From NCBI GenBank assembly GCA_037447605.1, contig CM074821.1, positions 2,035,550-2,099,549 on the forward strand: DNA of 64,000 bases. Direction: 5' to 3'. The notes under the pieces were generated by a model. The model had not been told where the DNA came from. It saw only the letters and a program-made list of their open reading frames with translations, and searched no databases. A program made the translations under genes and the position numbers. Every line of letters starts with the position of its first letter. Positions within the stretch are counted from its first letter, which is position 1. This DNA comes from Zygnema circumcarinatum SAG 698-1b (Eukaryota; Plantae; Zygnematophyceae). Positions 27,401 to 40,251 of this stretch are shown here, piece by piece.

Positions 27401-30400
27401 GCGCAGGAAGGGCCGGCCCCGGATAGCATTGGGCCGCCCCCTGCAGAGCCCTCTGTGGCAGAGGTGGAAGCAGCGCTGCGGAATGCCGAGGAGGAGGAGG
27501 ACTACCTCGCCATGAAGCAGGTGGAGAGGGAGGAGGCGGCTGATTATCAGGAGTTCATGGAGGAAGGACCTCCGCCTGGGCTGGAGGAAGAGGAGGGGGG
27601 AGAAGGATGGGGGGAAGATGAGAATGGAGGAGAAGCAAAAGAGGGAGCGCACTCTGCAGAGGGAGGGGCAGGAGTGGTTGCTCCATTAGAAGTCGAAGAG
27701 GCCGAGACTTTGGCAGCGCGAGACACGCCGGCGGGGGCGAGCCATGTGGCGCTCATAGCGGGGGAGGACATGGGCATGGGCATGGGCATGGGCATGGAGA
27801 TGGACATGGACGTGGACATGCTCGCGGATGTGCGTCAGCTGGCAGCGGCGGCGGCCGCCTCAGGGACGGGGGAGAGCGCGTTCGAAGAGCATCTGCGGCC
27901 CATTGAGAGGTGCTACCGAGGGGCCCTGCGTTACCAAGAGGAGATCATCATTCTCCTCTTGGGGGGCTAGTGGGTAGTTTCGTTTGTTTGAACACGAATT
28001 GTTTACCTTGATAGGTCAAGATCGGCAAGCGTCTATTTGGGTTCTCGTTTGTTTTGAGGCGAAGCTGCGTAGCAAACGTGCACTGCGTGAACTCATTATC
28101 CTCCGATTGATGCTGGTCCAGTAAACTAATGCACAATGACACTTGAACCTAGCTGGACTCGGCTGGGCTTGCCCCTTCCAGTCATGAAGCAGTCTTGGGC
28201 CATCAGATGCGGTGTTCTGTTTCGCGCTGCTTTTCGGTAACTTTTTGAAGGAAAATTGGAGCGAAGAAGAAATGCGGAAAGCAGCGAGTAACAGCGGATG
28301 GCCCCTTGTCCCTTTTCTAGGATGCTATGGACAGGAGTCCCCCTGACTATGCAGGGGCTGCGTGGGTGTGGAGGGCGCGTTCAGATATGCTATGCGCTTT
28401 TTGGAAGAGGTGGATCGCATTGTGGACGAGGAGGCGGTGCGGGCGGCTGTTGTATATGAGGAGAGGGAGTGGGAGCTCGAGCAGTTGGAGAAGCTAAAGG
28501 AAGAGCAGGAGGCCGATGTGGATGAGGATGACGAGCCTCTTCAGTACGAGAGTAAGCTCTATGAGCCATTGCCTCGGAATGTATGTCTTTCAAGTCGGCT
28601 CTTTGCGGTAGACTGTGAAGACTGCGAGAATCCTACCTCGCCCATGAAGCAGAGTTGTGACAAGGGCCCATTTGACAGGTCTCAGTCCATAATGTCTGAC
28701 AGGCACAGCGTAGTGTTCTTATCATTCTGTAATACCTAGGTAAATGCGAAACCTGGTTTACCTAGTATGGTTTTTACTTTCCTAGAAGTTTTTTCAGAGG
28801 TTTTGTTATTCTGCTTGGCTGACTTGAAAGTCCACGACGGTTGGATGGCGGCGTCCAAGCAGGCTGGGACACCGCCCTTGCTGACGAGGCGTACCGCCAC
28901 CAGGTGGAGGCGTTGGCCCAGCAGCAGGTGCATCTCTGTAGCCCTCGACCATCCTCATAAACTGTGTGCTTCGATGTAATGCTTTGGAGGTTTGTGTTCA
29001 TGTGTTGGAACTGTTCAGGGAATGCTGCGTGGGTGTTGTGTGGAGAAATTGAGGTCTGGCTTCTGTGTGTTGCTTTGACTAACAGATTACTCAAAGAGGA
29101 GTCTTCGTTGCGATTGCATTTGATGTTTGTGTCTTCTCCATCTAACACGCGAAGTTTCTGCAATCCAGGAAGAGCAAAGACTCTTGGAATTGAAGGCCCT
29201 GCGGCCGCCGGTGGAGAAGAGCAAAGGGCCAGCAACCAGCGCCAAATTAAACGAGACAGAATCGAAAACCCCACTGTCTGAGGTCCACACGAAGGCCAAG
29301 CAGCCCAAGGCGAAATTCATATCCCTGCAGGAGACGACAAAGCAGCAGCAGCAGCCTCCCCGGAAGATACACTCGAAGTCCATGGCTCTCGCGGTTTTGG
29401 CGGGCCGTACGACCTCTCCAGAGAGGCCTCCGCCAAACGAGGGTGCGGCCGCAGGCGAGGGCGAGGGAGAGGGAGAGGGAGAGGGAGAGGGGGGGGGGCG
29501 GAGGGCGAGGGGGGGGGTGGCGGGGCTGAGGGCGGTAGAGCCGCGGGGGCCCTCTTTGAGGCGGCGGCAGGCGCCGCGGCTGCTGGAGGAGGACATGCTG
29601 CTCGACCGCCACCTCTCGCGGCTAAAGAGGGAGCATGCGCGGACCATGCGGGAGAGGCCGTGGGGGGTCGAGAGGGAGGAGAGGAGGGCGGCGAAGAGAG
29701 CGAGGAAGACTCTGGAGGATTGGGATTACATACCTCAAGGACAAAGGGACAGAGAGAGGGAGGAGTCTGGGGAGCAAGAGGAGGAAGAGGACGAGGAAGT
29801 GATGGACGTGGATGAGGGAGAGAACGGGGCGATGGTGGTGTCTGATGAGGAGGAGAGTATTGAAAGAGAAGGGGATGACGGAGCCGAGTACTTGAGGCAT
29901 GATCATGAAGTGAAAGGAAGATCAGATCGAGGTGTTGTGGAGGAAAGTGTCAGGGAGAGGAAGTGGCAAGAGCAGGGATCAGGAGAAGCTGTGCATGTGC
30001 GGAAAAGCAAAATGTGGGTGTTTGCCCTGCGACCAGGTGTGGTTGTGACTTTAAGACTCAGTGGCAGGGAGGAAGCCCACAAAGCAGTGCAATCAAACAA
30101 CGATTGGATTGTTTCTGAAGACGCCGCACTCGCTGCTGCTGTGCACGAGTACGGTGGAAATTGGACACTTGTCAGCGACATAGTGACTGGAGAACTCGAG
30201 GGACAACTATTACGAGGGCGACGGAGAGGACCTGCTGAGTGCAGAGAAAGGTTGGGAAAGCTGTTGACAATGCATGGAGTGCTGCCGGCAGGTCAGACTG
30301 CAGGGCAGGCGAACGGCAGGCCTGCTCCTGGGAAAATATATGTGACAGAGGTAAGTTTGCGACACCCCCATCATTCTTCCCTTTTCTTGAACAGCGTTCA

Positions 30401-33400
30401 CTCCTCTCTTCGTAGGTGTCTTCTCTTCTGCACTATTCCTCCAGTTGACCACTTGTGCTCTGCGGTACGATGTGGGCAGGAGCACATGCGCCGCCTGCTT
30501 GCCGCCATCCAGCGTTCGCCTGACAGCGCCCGCGTCCTGGAGAGGCACCTCCGCCTGCTGCTCCGCCTGGCGGGAGGGCCGGGAGGGGGAGAGGGAGGGG
30601 GAGAGGGAGGGGGAGAGGGAGGGGGAGAGGGAGGGGGAGAGGGAGGGAGAGGGGGAGGCCAGCCGAGGCCAGCCCTCGCCCTCGCGGCCGCACTTCTTCC
30701 CCCCGCGGGAGGGAGGGGGGGGTTTGTAGCGCTCGCAGACCTGGCAAAGGAAGCTTCTGAAGGACGCACGGCGCTTCAGAAGCTCGATGAGGTTAACGAA
30801 GAGAGCATAGGAAAGAAGGGACAGCCGAAACAATCGCTGGTAGAGAGACTGAAAGCAGAGCTGAAAAGTATGGGAGTTATGGCAGCCCCTTGGGAATACG
30901 GACCCGGGTCGGAAGCGGCGAGAGCTGTTGCAGAAAAGCTGGCAAGTGTGCGTGGTGTAGGGGCAAAGGAAGGCGAAGAGGAGGAAGCTCCCCCTTCTTT
31001 TGAGCCTGAGATGGATTCAGAAGAGATTGGGGAAGCAGCCCCTCCAGAGAGTGCTCCCGATTTGACTGTCGAGCGGGAAGAAGAATTGCCTGGGGAATTG
31101 GATGTGTCGGATTTCCTCGTATTTCCAGAGGGATGGAAAAAGGAGGACCGGCAAGAAGAGGCGGCGAGGGTTGATGCGGGGCAGTCGTTAACGTCCGAGT
31201 GGTGGATGTTGACAAGCAATGCAGAGAGAAGCAGGGGGTCTGTTCACAGGCCGTTGAGAAAGTCCGGAATCGCTCGGGCGGATCTGCGCTTCAGGTGTGC
31301 TCTCTGTGGCTAACCTTGGCCTGCAGGCAATAGGAAAGGTTGAGAATAGTGCAGATTGTTGTCTGCATTGTTCGTTGCGCCGCAAGGTAGACTTTGTTTG
31401 TTGCTCTTATGAGTCAACAAGAACGTTTCCTCGCAGTTTATCTTTGGCTGCTAACTCATTTCTGCTCTAAAGTGTGCACATTTCTAAACAAAAAAACAAA
31501 CGGGTTTGGTTGTTTCACGCCTCACCTTTTGAACCCGGGTTTTCCTAATCGTTACCTTCCCTGGTTCATGTCTATCGCTTCTCTTTAGAGCTGCGTTTGC
31601 GATGGCCAACGGTGGAAGAATGAGGCAGTGGGCGCGTTCAGCCGCAAGAGCTGTGAGCGCGGCCGAGGTGAGGCGGGCCAAGACGGCTGGCGGCACACCC
31701 TTTCCGCTGAAGAGACAGCAGGCGGAGCCGCTAGAGGGGGAGAGGGGGCGCAAGCGGCAGGCACCCTCAACAGGTGAATCGGAATCGGACAGAACGGGGC
31801 CGTTGTGCTCTAAGACGCAGTCTACTTCTGAAAAGGGAGCTGCCTCTGGACACGAAGGGCCGGTGGTCCTTGACTCCACAGTTGCCGGACGAGCAACACC
31901 GGCAAGCAGATGGATTCCTACGAATGATGTGCGAAACCCTCGAGCAAATGCGGCAGATGATGGTTGCGTAGGCGCAAAAAGAGCAGCCAACAGCTCATCC
32001 CCCCTACGAAAACGAAGGGTATCCATGGAGCAGGGTTTGGGACAGGGGGCAGAGAGCCGTTGGTCGGGGATGGTACAAGGTCAAGCACAGGAAAGTCAAC
32101 CTGCTGGTCGAGTGGGTACTAAACTTAGCCAGTCACAAAAGAGCAGGGAGAAGACAGGCGATCAAGGAGGAGAGGAAAAAGATCCGAGGAGACATCATTT
32201 TCCGGCGAATGGCAGTGGAGAAAACGTAGCCGCCTTTCAGTCGATGGCTCATAGCAAACCTTCGGCTTGGCAAACTAGTGGCGGGCAGGGAGCATCTATT
32301 GTACCTCCGTGGTTGGCAAAGGCAGGAATTGTAAGGGGGCTTGCAGGAGATGAGGGTGGGCCTGTCAGGAGAGCGGGTGGAGGTTCAAGGGATGGAGTGC
32401 AGCAGGGCGCAAGCAGGATATTGTTGGAAGCCACTGGAGTGGCCAATACAGGCGGGACAGGTTGGACTCTGCAAGGTGGTTTGAGGCAAGGAGAGGATGT
32501 TGGCCTGGGAAGAGGGAGGCATGATGGACAAGCAGGACAAGGTAGTCAGAATGTGTTTGGAGTACTTGCAGGAGGAGAATTGCATGGACATGTGCATGGT
32601 GACCTGAGAAGAGTCGGTGGAGAGACAATCTCTGCTGCCCGTCCACCTTCAGGAGGAAGTTGGCTTCCCTCACTGCCGATGCCGTCCGGCCTGCCGCCGG
32701 GCCCTAAGGCAAGCCTTAACTCTGCCATTGGCTGCGGCTATGAAGGAGCAGCTGGCAATCGAGGGGACCCTGATGGGGATGATGACTGCGTCATTGTGGG
32801 TGAGCTCAGTGGGGGTGCCCGGCAGGGAGGAAGCTATGAGCATGGCGTTGGCATTAGGTCAGGACTTGGGTCCGACCTGGCTGGGGGTTTCCAAGCAGCG
32901 GCTTATCCCCCGGCATGGCAGAACATGAGCGGAGTGGCCAGCGTGCATCCGCCTTTGGCAAATAATTGGCCCGTTCATTCAGCTGCAGTTGGGCGTGAAG
33001 TCAGACCGTCAAGCAGGCCAATTCAGGGGAGCTCGGGGAGTGGCACATCTCGCAATCATGGTGGAGGGGCGGCTCTGCGGAGGTCGGGGCAGGCGGGAGT
33101 GCAGCTCATGGGCGCCTCTATAGTGCCGGCCGGCTGTGATGGACTTCAGCTTTCCAACCAGTCGCCCAGGCCTTCTCAAGACCTTCACCCAAATGCAGCT
33201 GCTCACGAGGCCATGACGCCAACAGCACCGTTGCGGGGAGGGGAGAGCACAAGAGGCTGGTCCATGGCTTCTCCGTTGGAGCAGCAACAGCTGCTTTCTG
33301 CAACAAACAGCGAGGCTATGGCTCACTCGCTGGCCTGGTCTCCCGCAAGACCACTTCCCTCGGCGAAAGGGGCGTCATGGCGAGGGTTCGCGAGGGAGGA

Positions 33401-33902
33401 TGTGGTGCTGATGGGCAGCCGGCCAGGGAGAGCCGGAGTCGTTGAGCCTGCCAGCGGGTACTACGCCTCCAAAACTCATGGAGGCAGCTACCGCGGGAAG
33501 GAGACGCAAGGGGTCATGGGGCTCGGAAGCGGTTGTGTCAAAGAGGCTGCCAGGCAGGCGGCCCCTTCTACAGCGACCGGAGCATGGCGGCAGCAGCAGC
33601 AGCAGCAGATGGCGCAGGGCAGCAGGCCAATGGCAGGGAGCCATCCGTTGATGCTGCCCACCAGCGTGCCCGCTGCGGGGCCTGACGCCGCCCCGTTGCG
33701 TTCGTTTCCGGAGGCGCTTTTCAGAAGTGCGCTGGCGGACTCCGGATTGTGCGGAGCCGCGGAGGACGGTAGAGGCAAGCAGAGCTTGGCGGGTGCTGAG
33801 GACGAGGAGAGCGCGATGCCCGACCTCGGGCTGTCCCTGGGAATGCAGGGGTGCGGCGGGAAGCCGTTGAGGAAAGGCAACAGCCGAGGGACTCCCGGCT
33901 GA
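15462..33902 (+). CDS. PIE1: SWR1/SRCAP-type chromatin-remodelling ATPase (PIE1) with long acidic N-terminal and low-complexity C-terminal extensions
   Basis: Start gccATGG at 15462 after acceptor 15459. HSA-domain exons ([16 protein letters not shown]|DFERERKWK...|[30 protein letters not shown]). SNF2 ATPase in ~24050-25050 ([29 protein letters not shown]). Helicase-C exons at ~26020-26330 and 27007-27135 ([12 protein letters not shown]|[12 protein letters not shown]). SANT/Myb-like [25 protein letters not shown] at ~30100. The last exon starts ~31589 (phase 2) and runs to TGA 33902. Exon structure around 21000-21900 is unresolved. Confidence 0.93.
16790..17230 (+). repeat. Exonic (GAG)n/(GAA)n tract encoding poly-Glu in PIE1 exon 1
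   Basis: Long gag runs in frame within ORF 15429-17438. Confidence 0.9.
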
Positions 33903-34619
33903 GCATGAGACGAAAATTGTGCAAACTTGTTGGCACCTTGCGACACTCGCGAGGTGGAATGGTGCAGCGCTGCTGCTGTTCTCTGTTCGTGTGATCTGCC
34001 AGTCGTCGGCTGCTAGAGATTGGGGGTGAGAATGGACCTTCAGCAGCAGGTAGTTGCGCCATACGCGGGAGGCCTGCGCATTCTCAAACGCCACAGTAGC
34101 ACCAGGATAGGCAGTCTGCCTCAAATGCAAAAAAAAAAATGATGAATTCGAATGGAATGCAAGTGGCATGTTACCCTCTGTCCAACTGAGTCAACAAATT
34201 AAATATGAGCAATTGATTTCCTCCCAACAAATGATGTCTTAATTTGCACCTTCCAAATACGGATGGAATACTGTCAAACGCATTCAAAACTCGTCTTTTT
34301 CCCAACCAATTTCTGAAAAAGCTGACTCGCAGTGACAATACTGGGAAATGTTGAAGCACGGTCTTTACAAATTTCTCGTAACATTGGAAAACTTCGGCGC
34401 CCTCACCTCCTTCACTGGCGCAGTTCACGCTGAAAAACCAACCAGCCAGGCAGGCAGGATATGTCGATATGCCGATATTACTATATGCCGATATGCCTAT
34501 AGGCTTTGTATGCTTATTATGGGGATACGGGCACCAGCCAGCCTGCCAGATCGTACGGTACGGTACGGTACGGTACGGTACGGTGCTACTAGGCCATCCC
34601 GCCAGCCCGAGTTTCCCCA

Positions 34620-34860
34620 GGACGTGTTTTGCACACGTGGCGTCGACGTGGCGCCGACGTGGCTGCCACGCCTCGCCAGTGACGCCACGCCGCTCGTTTT
34701 TGCGAATCGAGCGTGTCCCAATCGCGCGGCGCCACGCGGGCGGCCGTGCCCGTCCCGTCCCGTCCCGTCCAAGAGGAGCGCGCGCGCGGCCACTCGGCAG
34801 TGGTCGCGTGGCGCGCGTTCGCTGGAGGCGCTCCGTCCGCCGTGGCACGCCACGTGGCGC
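34620..34860. promoter_or_regulatory. Cluster of ABRE/G-box cores upstream of VTE1
   Basis: ACGTGGC at 34635, 34646 and 34657 (11-bp period), and palindromic GCCACGTGGC at 34849-34858, 130-350 bp upstream of the VTE1 ATG. Function is inferred only. Confidence 0.4.
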
Positions 34861-34984
34861 GCTGCAGGCGCCCCGCCCCGCCGCGCGGAGGGAGGGAGGG
34901 AGGGAGGACTGAGGAGAGAGAGGGAGGGAGGGGGGCGGAGGGAGGGCGCGCAAGCAAGCAAGCACCACTTTGCTCGCTCGCGCC

Positions 34985-37900
34985 ATGGCGCTGCGCCACG
35001 TGGCGCTCTGCCACGGCACACACGTGGCCAGCCTCTCGGTCTGTACGCCACGTGGCCTGGCGGGAGGCGGAGGGCGGCGGGGGGCGGCGCGGGCGGGCGC
35101 GGAGGAGGTCGGCAGCGACCCGCGCACGCCGCACAGCGGGTACCACTTCGACGGGTCCGGGCGGCGGTTCTTCGAGGGGTGGTACCTGCGCGTGTCCCTC
35201 CCGGAGGCGCGCCAGAGCTTCGCGTGGATGTACTCCGTGGAGGACCCGGGGACGCCGCCGGCCGCGGCCGTGGGCGCGCAGGTGCTGGGCCCGGACGACG
35301 AGTACCTGTGGCAGTACGGCCGCGGCGCGGAGGCCTTCTGGGCGAGTGAGTGAGGCAGCCAGGCAGCCAGGCAAGCAGGCAGGCAGGCGACTCGTCTCCA
35401 AACGAAGCAGACAAGCATCACAGACTTGCTGTCCGCCTTGTGTCCTTTACTTTCAAGAAAAGGAAGCAATCCGCAGCAGCCGTGCTGGGAAGGACGGCAG
35501 TACCGCTCAGAGCCCACCATGCTCGAGCACGTTTTTTGCTTTTTGAAGTGTCCATTTCGGTGCGGGCGTGGCGATGTTCGCAGGCAGACACGAGCTGTCG
35601 CTGGGACACACATTCGAGGCTCGCACGCCAAAGGGCCGCCCCAAGGGGCCAACGCGGCCCGAGGTAGCACTTCAGTTCTCTCTGTCCCTCTCCCTCCCTC
35701 TCTCTTTCCTCCCCCCCTTCCGGCAGAATAGACGCTCAAGCATATGTGCCCTTTTTTTCTCATCTTTCTCGTCGGCTTCATTTTGATGGACTCAGCCTCA
35801 TCAACGGTGTTCTGTTGTCATTTTTTATCACAGGTGTTTATGTATGCTGTTTGAATGCTTTTCCAACGGGGCTTGTTCAAGGGTGCTCTACGACTCAGAC
35901 TTAGGGGCTTTTCTGGCGAAGTTGTTGATTTAGAGCATCTTTAGGACAAACAGAACCTGATTATTCCCTTGTCCAGTTGACAATTTCAGTGCGGCGGTCT
36001 CAAAATCCCTTGAAACGGCGGATGACTTGGCAGGATATGACTGAATCAATTTTGGAGCCGGACTGCCGCTGTAGACGAATTTACACTCATAAACATGTAG
36101 AGGAGGACGCGAGTTCAGGAGTATTGCTTTCATTATGTTCGTACTGTTGGCTTTTGTCCACGAGAACTTATGTCACAAATTAGGTGATTTATTCATTGCA
36201 TTGCAGGAATTTTCTACACTTGTAAAAGAAGGCTTTCAAGTGACTCCAACGTGGCACCAGGGCACCCTCCGAGATAAAGGGCGGTGAGACTCCTAAACAT
36301 TCTCGTACCATCTTCAACTTCAGGTCTTCGCATCATCCTTTCATTCTCCTGCTTGCATTCGAGTCATCCGAAGTTGAAATCACGGCATCCATCCTATGGA
36401 CCAAGAGTCAACCCATAATCCCCTTTGGTCCCCCACCGCGTCTTGCAACTCGTGGTTTCCCCGCTGGCTGGCTGCCGCAGGTCTGCCTCCTCCCCCTCAG
36501 AGGAGGAGGAGGAGGCGGCCGTGAGTTGGTCGTACAGGACGCGCGCGGTGTACGGATGGGGCGCGCAGCGGTCGACGGCGGGGTGGCTCGCGGCGGTGCC
36601 CCTAGCCGTGTTCGAGCCGCACTGGCAGGTCTGCATGGCCGCCGGCCTCTCCTCGGGGACCGTGCGCTGGCGGGGCCGCACCTACGCCTTCGAGGACGCG
36701 CCCTCCTACGTCGAGAAGAACTGGGGGGGCTCGTTTCCGGGGAAGTGGTTCTGGGTCAGTGCCGCCACGCACGCTTGTACCTTGTTGCTTGTTTGTGGTA
36801 GCGCGGGTTGTGTCGGTGAATGGGCGAGAGATGGAGGAACGAGAGAGGAGGGGGGGGAGAGAGAAAGAAGGAAGCACGACGGGGGAAAGAGGGAGGGCGT
36901 TGGGAGGGAATGGACATGAGAATGTCGACGTTGATGGTGGGGAAGAGGCAGAGGAGGGGGAGAGGAACAGAGGGAGAGCGGAAATATGTGGGGAGGAATA
37001 GTGTGTAGAGAACGTTAGAGAGTCACAGAGAGTGGAAAGAACTGTGACGAAATGGAGAGAGGGTCCCAAAGCTGTGAATGGAGATAAATGAGTGATGGCG
37101 GAGAAGAGAAAAGGAAACGGAATGAAAGCCATAAGAATGAAAAAGAGGCGTAGGAAGTAATGGCTTAACATTTGGAAAGCAATTTCGTGAGGTAACCAGG
37201 TCTGTTAGGGGCTTAAGCTAAATTGGAAAGTCTCTTGTCGGTGTCTCATATGGATGCTCGCACGTGCGAGGGCCTTGAATGACAGGTCCAATGCAACGTG
37301 TTCGAAGGAGTGGAGGGCGAAATGGCTCTCACTGCAGGAGGGGGGCGGAGGGGCCTTCCGCTGCTGCAAGACGCGGTCGAAGAAGTCGCCATGGTGAGTG
37401 AGTGAGTGAGTGAGCCCTTTTTGAACTGAGCTCGACCGCAGCTCTTGAGGTGCCTAAACTAAGGAGGACTGTCAGATAGGGTCAAGGGTCTCTATAGTTA
37501 CCGTGCCGTCATGAACAGGACTTTTATGGGTGCACAGCATGCCATGAGAAGACAAGTGAATGCTGGTCCAATGGTCTCCCGTTTTTGTGCCTCTGGTTGT
37601 ATGTACGGATATGGCAGCGAATGGTCCTCATTTCGCCTTGCCTCCACTGGGACTGGAGGAGTTTCTCTGCCATTGGAAAAAATGCAGGTGGGCGTGCACT
37701 ATAAAGGGCGGTTTTATGAATTTGTGCCGTGGAAGGGAGAAGTTTCGTGGAAAATATCACCCTGGGGAAATTGGATGATTTCGGCGAAGACGACAGAATA
37801 TGAGGTTGTTACCCGCTTGCCTCTTTAGGAGTAGAAGCATATGGAGATGTATGCAGGCCGAATGCATGCATGGTCGGTTTCACTCGGCTTCAGTTTACAA

Positions 37901-38955
37901 TGCAAGTGAAAGAAGTCAATGCAATGGGGCTTTGAGAGGGGATGGAGAATGCTTGGATGTTGCCATGTCTGAAGACCTTCTTCCTTGACTCGATCTCAAC
38001 GCATGGAGGGTCAAAGGCTGTGGGGCTGCCCCAAGTCGAGTTTGGATTGGGGCTGAGTGTAGTGCCATACAACTCTCGTTCCCCTGACGTGGATCCCATG
38101 AAGTTGATTTGTCTTGATGATCAGCCGGTGGATCCAATTCATGTTCAGTCGTATATTCTGTGGATCCACCACAAATTTGATCAACTTGGAAACGAACGTG
38201 TGCAGTCGGGGACGCTGCAAAGCGCTGTGTTCTGTTTGGCTTCCATTCTTGAGTTGGCGAGGAACTCGAGAGGTTGGCTGCTTCCCTTCGATGAGTTTGA
38301 CAGTTAAAATGTGCCGTTAACAGCTGCATTGGGGTTGCCTCTGGAACTGAAACTGAAACTGCAGGTGGAGTTGATAGCCAGCACGGAGAGCCCGGGCACG
38401 GTGCTGAGGGCCCCGACAAAGGACAATGGATTAGCGCCTTTTTGTCGAGACACCTTTTTTGGCAATCTGGAACTTTCCATTTGGGAATGCAACAAGAGCG
38501 GCCGAAGAACAAAGGTATTGCAGCAGCAGACATGGCGGGCTGCAGGGAAAGGCTGGCTGGGCTACATGGTAAAAGACAAAAGTGGCAATTGGCCGATTCG
38601 TCCATGAAAAACGAAAATCAAGAGTCAAGAATCCGGATCAAGAACTTGTTCTCTCTCTGTCGCCTAAATTTTGAAAACTCAATTAAGCTATGCACGAACC
38701 TATGAAAGTAGTTGCTTTGTTACTTAGAGTGCCTTCACACATGATTTGTAAAGAGGCGGGGGGGTCATGTTTCTCTTGTCGCAGGTGGTTGTGCAAGCAA
38801 CCAGCACCATGGCTGCTTTGGAGGTGGGAGGAGGCCCGTGGTGGGAACCGTGGGAGAATGTTTCGAAAATTTCGGGGCCTCAAAGTGCCCTTTTGAGCCT
38901 CCCGCTGGACGTTGGCTCCCTGCTACCGCCCGCCCTGAGGCCGCCCGGGCTCTGA
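34985..38955 (+). CDS. VTE1: Tocopherol cyclase, plastid
   Basis: Exon 1 (34985-35345) contains TPHSGYHFDGSGRRFFEGWYLRVSLPE...MYSVEDP. Later exons read RHELSLGHTF, EGFQVTPTWHQG, FEPHWQVCMAAGLSSG...EKNWGGSFPGKWFW|VQCNVFEG, YEFVPWKGEVSWKISPWG and TVLRAPTKDNGLAPFCRDTFFG. The final exon AALEVGGGPWW...PPGL ends at TGA 38955. Confidence 0.96.
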
Positions 38956-38989
38956 CCTCGCTCGCTCGCTTGCGGTTCCTTTGAAGCCT

Positions 38990-39125
38990 GACAGACTCTT
39001 CCTTGGACAGACAGACTGACAGACTCTTCCTTGGACAGACGGACAGACAGACAGACAGAGAGGCAGACAGACATACAGACTCTTTCTCTGACAGACGGAC
39101 AGACAAACAGACAGACGCACAGACC
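38990..39125. repeat. (GACA)n-based microsatellite with repeated 'gactcttccttggacag' spacers
   Basis: Tandem acag/gaca units directly after the VTE1 stop. Confidence 0.85.
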
Positions 39126-40251
39126 ACCAGGCGCGCACATCCTCCCTCCCGGGTGGCCTCAACACGCAGCGCTGCTTCTTGCGCTTCTTCTTCCTTGCCC
39201 TCCCTCCCTGTGGCCTGCCTGCAGCAGGCAGTCAGTCAGTTAGTCGAGTGGGGGGGTTGCTCTCTGTGTTGTGTGCCTTGCGGCGTTCCATGCGACCCAG
39301 CGTCCGCACAGTCACGTCGCCTCCGACGCTTCTCTGCGCCCACACAGAACCAATCAACCGCGCGGCGCTCGCCGCGTCGGCAGCCGGCCATCGCCATGGC
39401 CGAGCTCCGTCCCCGGAGTGAGTGCCGACTCCCTGCCTTCGCCGGCGCGGGTTGCGCGCTCGCTCTGCGGGGGGCCGCGCCGCCGCCTTCCTTCCTTCCT
39501 TCCTTTCGTCCGTCTTGTTCAGCCTGGAAGCAGCAGCAAGGGAGTACGACTATTTTTTATGTGGCTAGAACCCAAAACTTTAGAGGTTACAACTGGGAAT
39601 TTAGTTTTTGAAAGGAGGTTTCCAGACTATGATGGATTCCAAGAAGGTCATATTTGGAGTAATTCATGATGGATGGAAATAGAGATGGAGACTTTTGGAT
39701 GCTGTGATGAACAAGGCTTTGATACAATTGGGTCTTTCAATCAGTACTAATATGTCGTGATTGCCAAATGCACGCGTGTTTCCATTAATTGGTAAAATAA
39801 TCAATCTATTAGAGTTGAAGAGTTTGCACCAATTGTTAGCGCCCTGGTGTGAAACCAAGAAGTAATTTTCATGTACGTATAGGAGTCAGACATTGACCAT
39901 CGCCAAATCAATATAGTAAGCCTGTCGGGCGAATTAAGCATTGGCTAGGTACAGTAAGCATTTCGGTACGGCTGGTACGGTGGAGCCGCGGACCCGGACC
40001 CGGAATTCGTACAGTACAGTACAGTACAATGACGCACGGTATTGTACGGTAATGTACGACACGGAAGGCCGCGCGGCAGCAGGCGGGGGGGCGGGTCAAC
40101 GGGTGCCCCGCACTGCCACGTGTCGCAGGAGTGCCACGTGGCACCCTCCTCCCTCTCTCTCTGCGAGCGAGCGAGCGAGCGCTTCAGGACTGGCGGGAGA
40201 GGAGAAGAGAGGAGAGGACGCGGGGCGGGGCGGGGCGGGGCGGAGGGCGCC

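Noticed and set aside
34171-35781. Minus-strand 536-aa ORF and other long overlapping ORFs
   Set aside because: GC-rich promoter and first exon of VTE1. There is no recognisable domain, and the real frame is on the plus strand.
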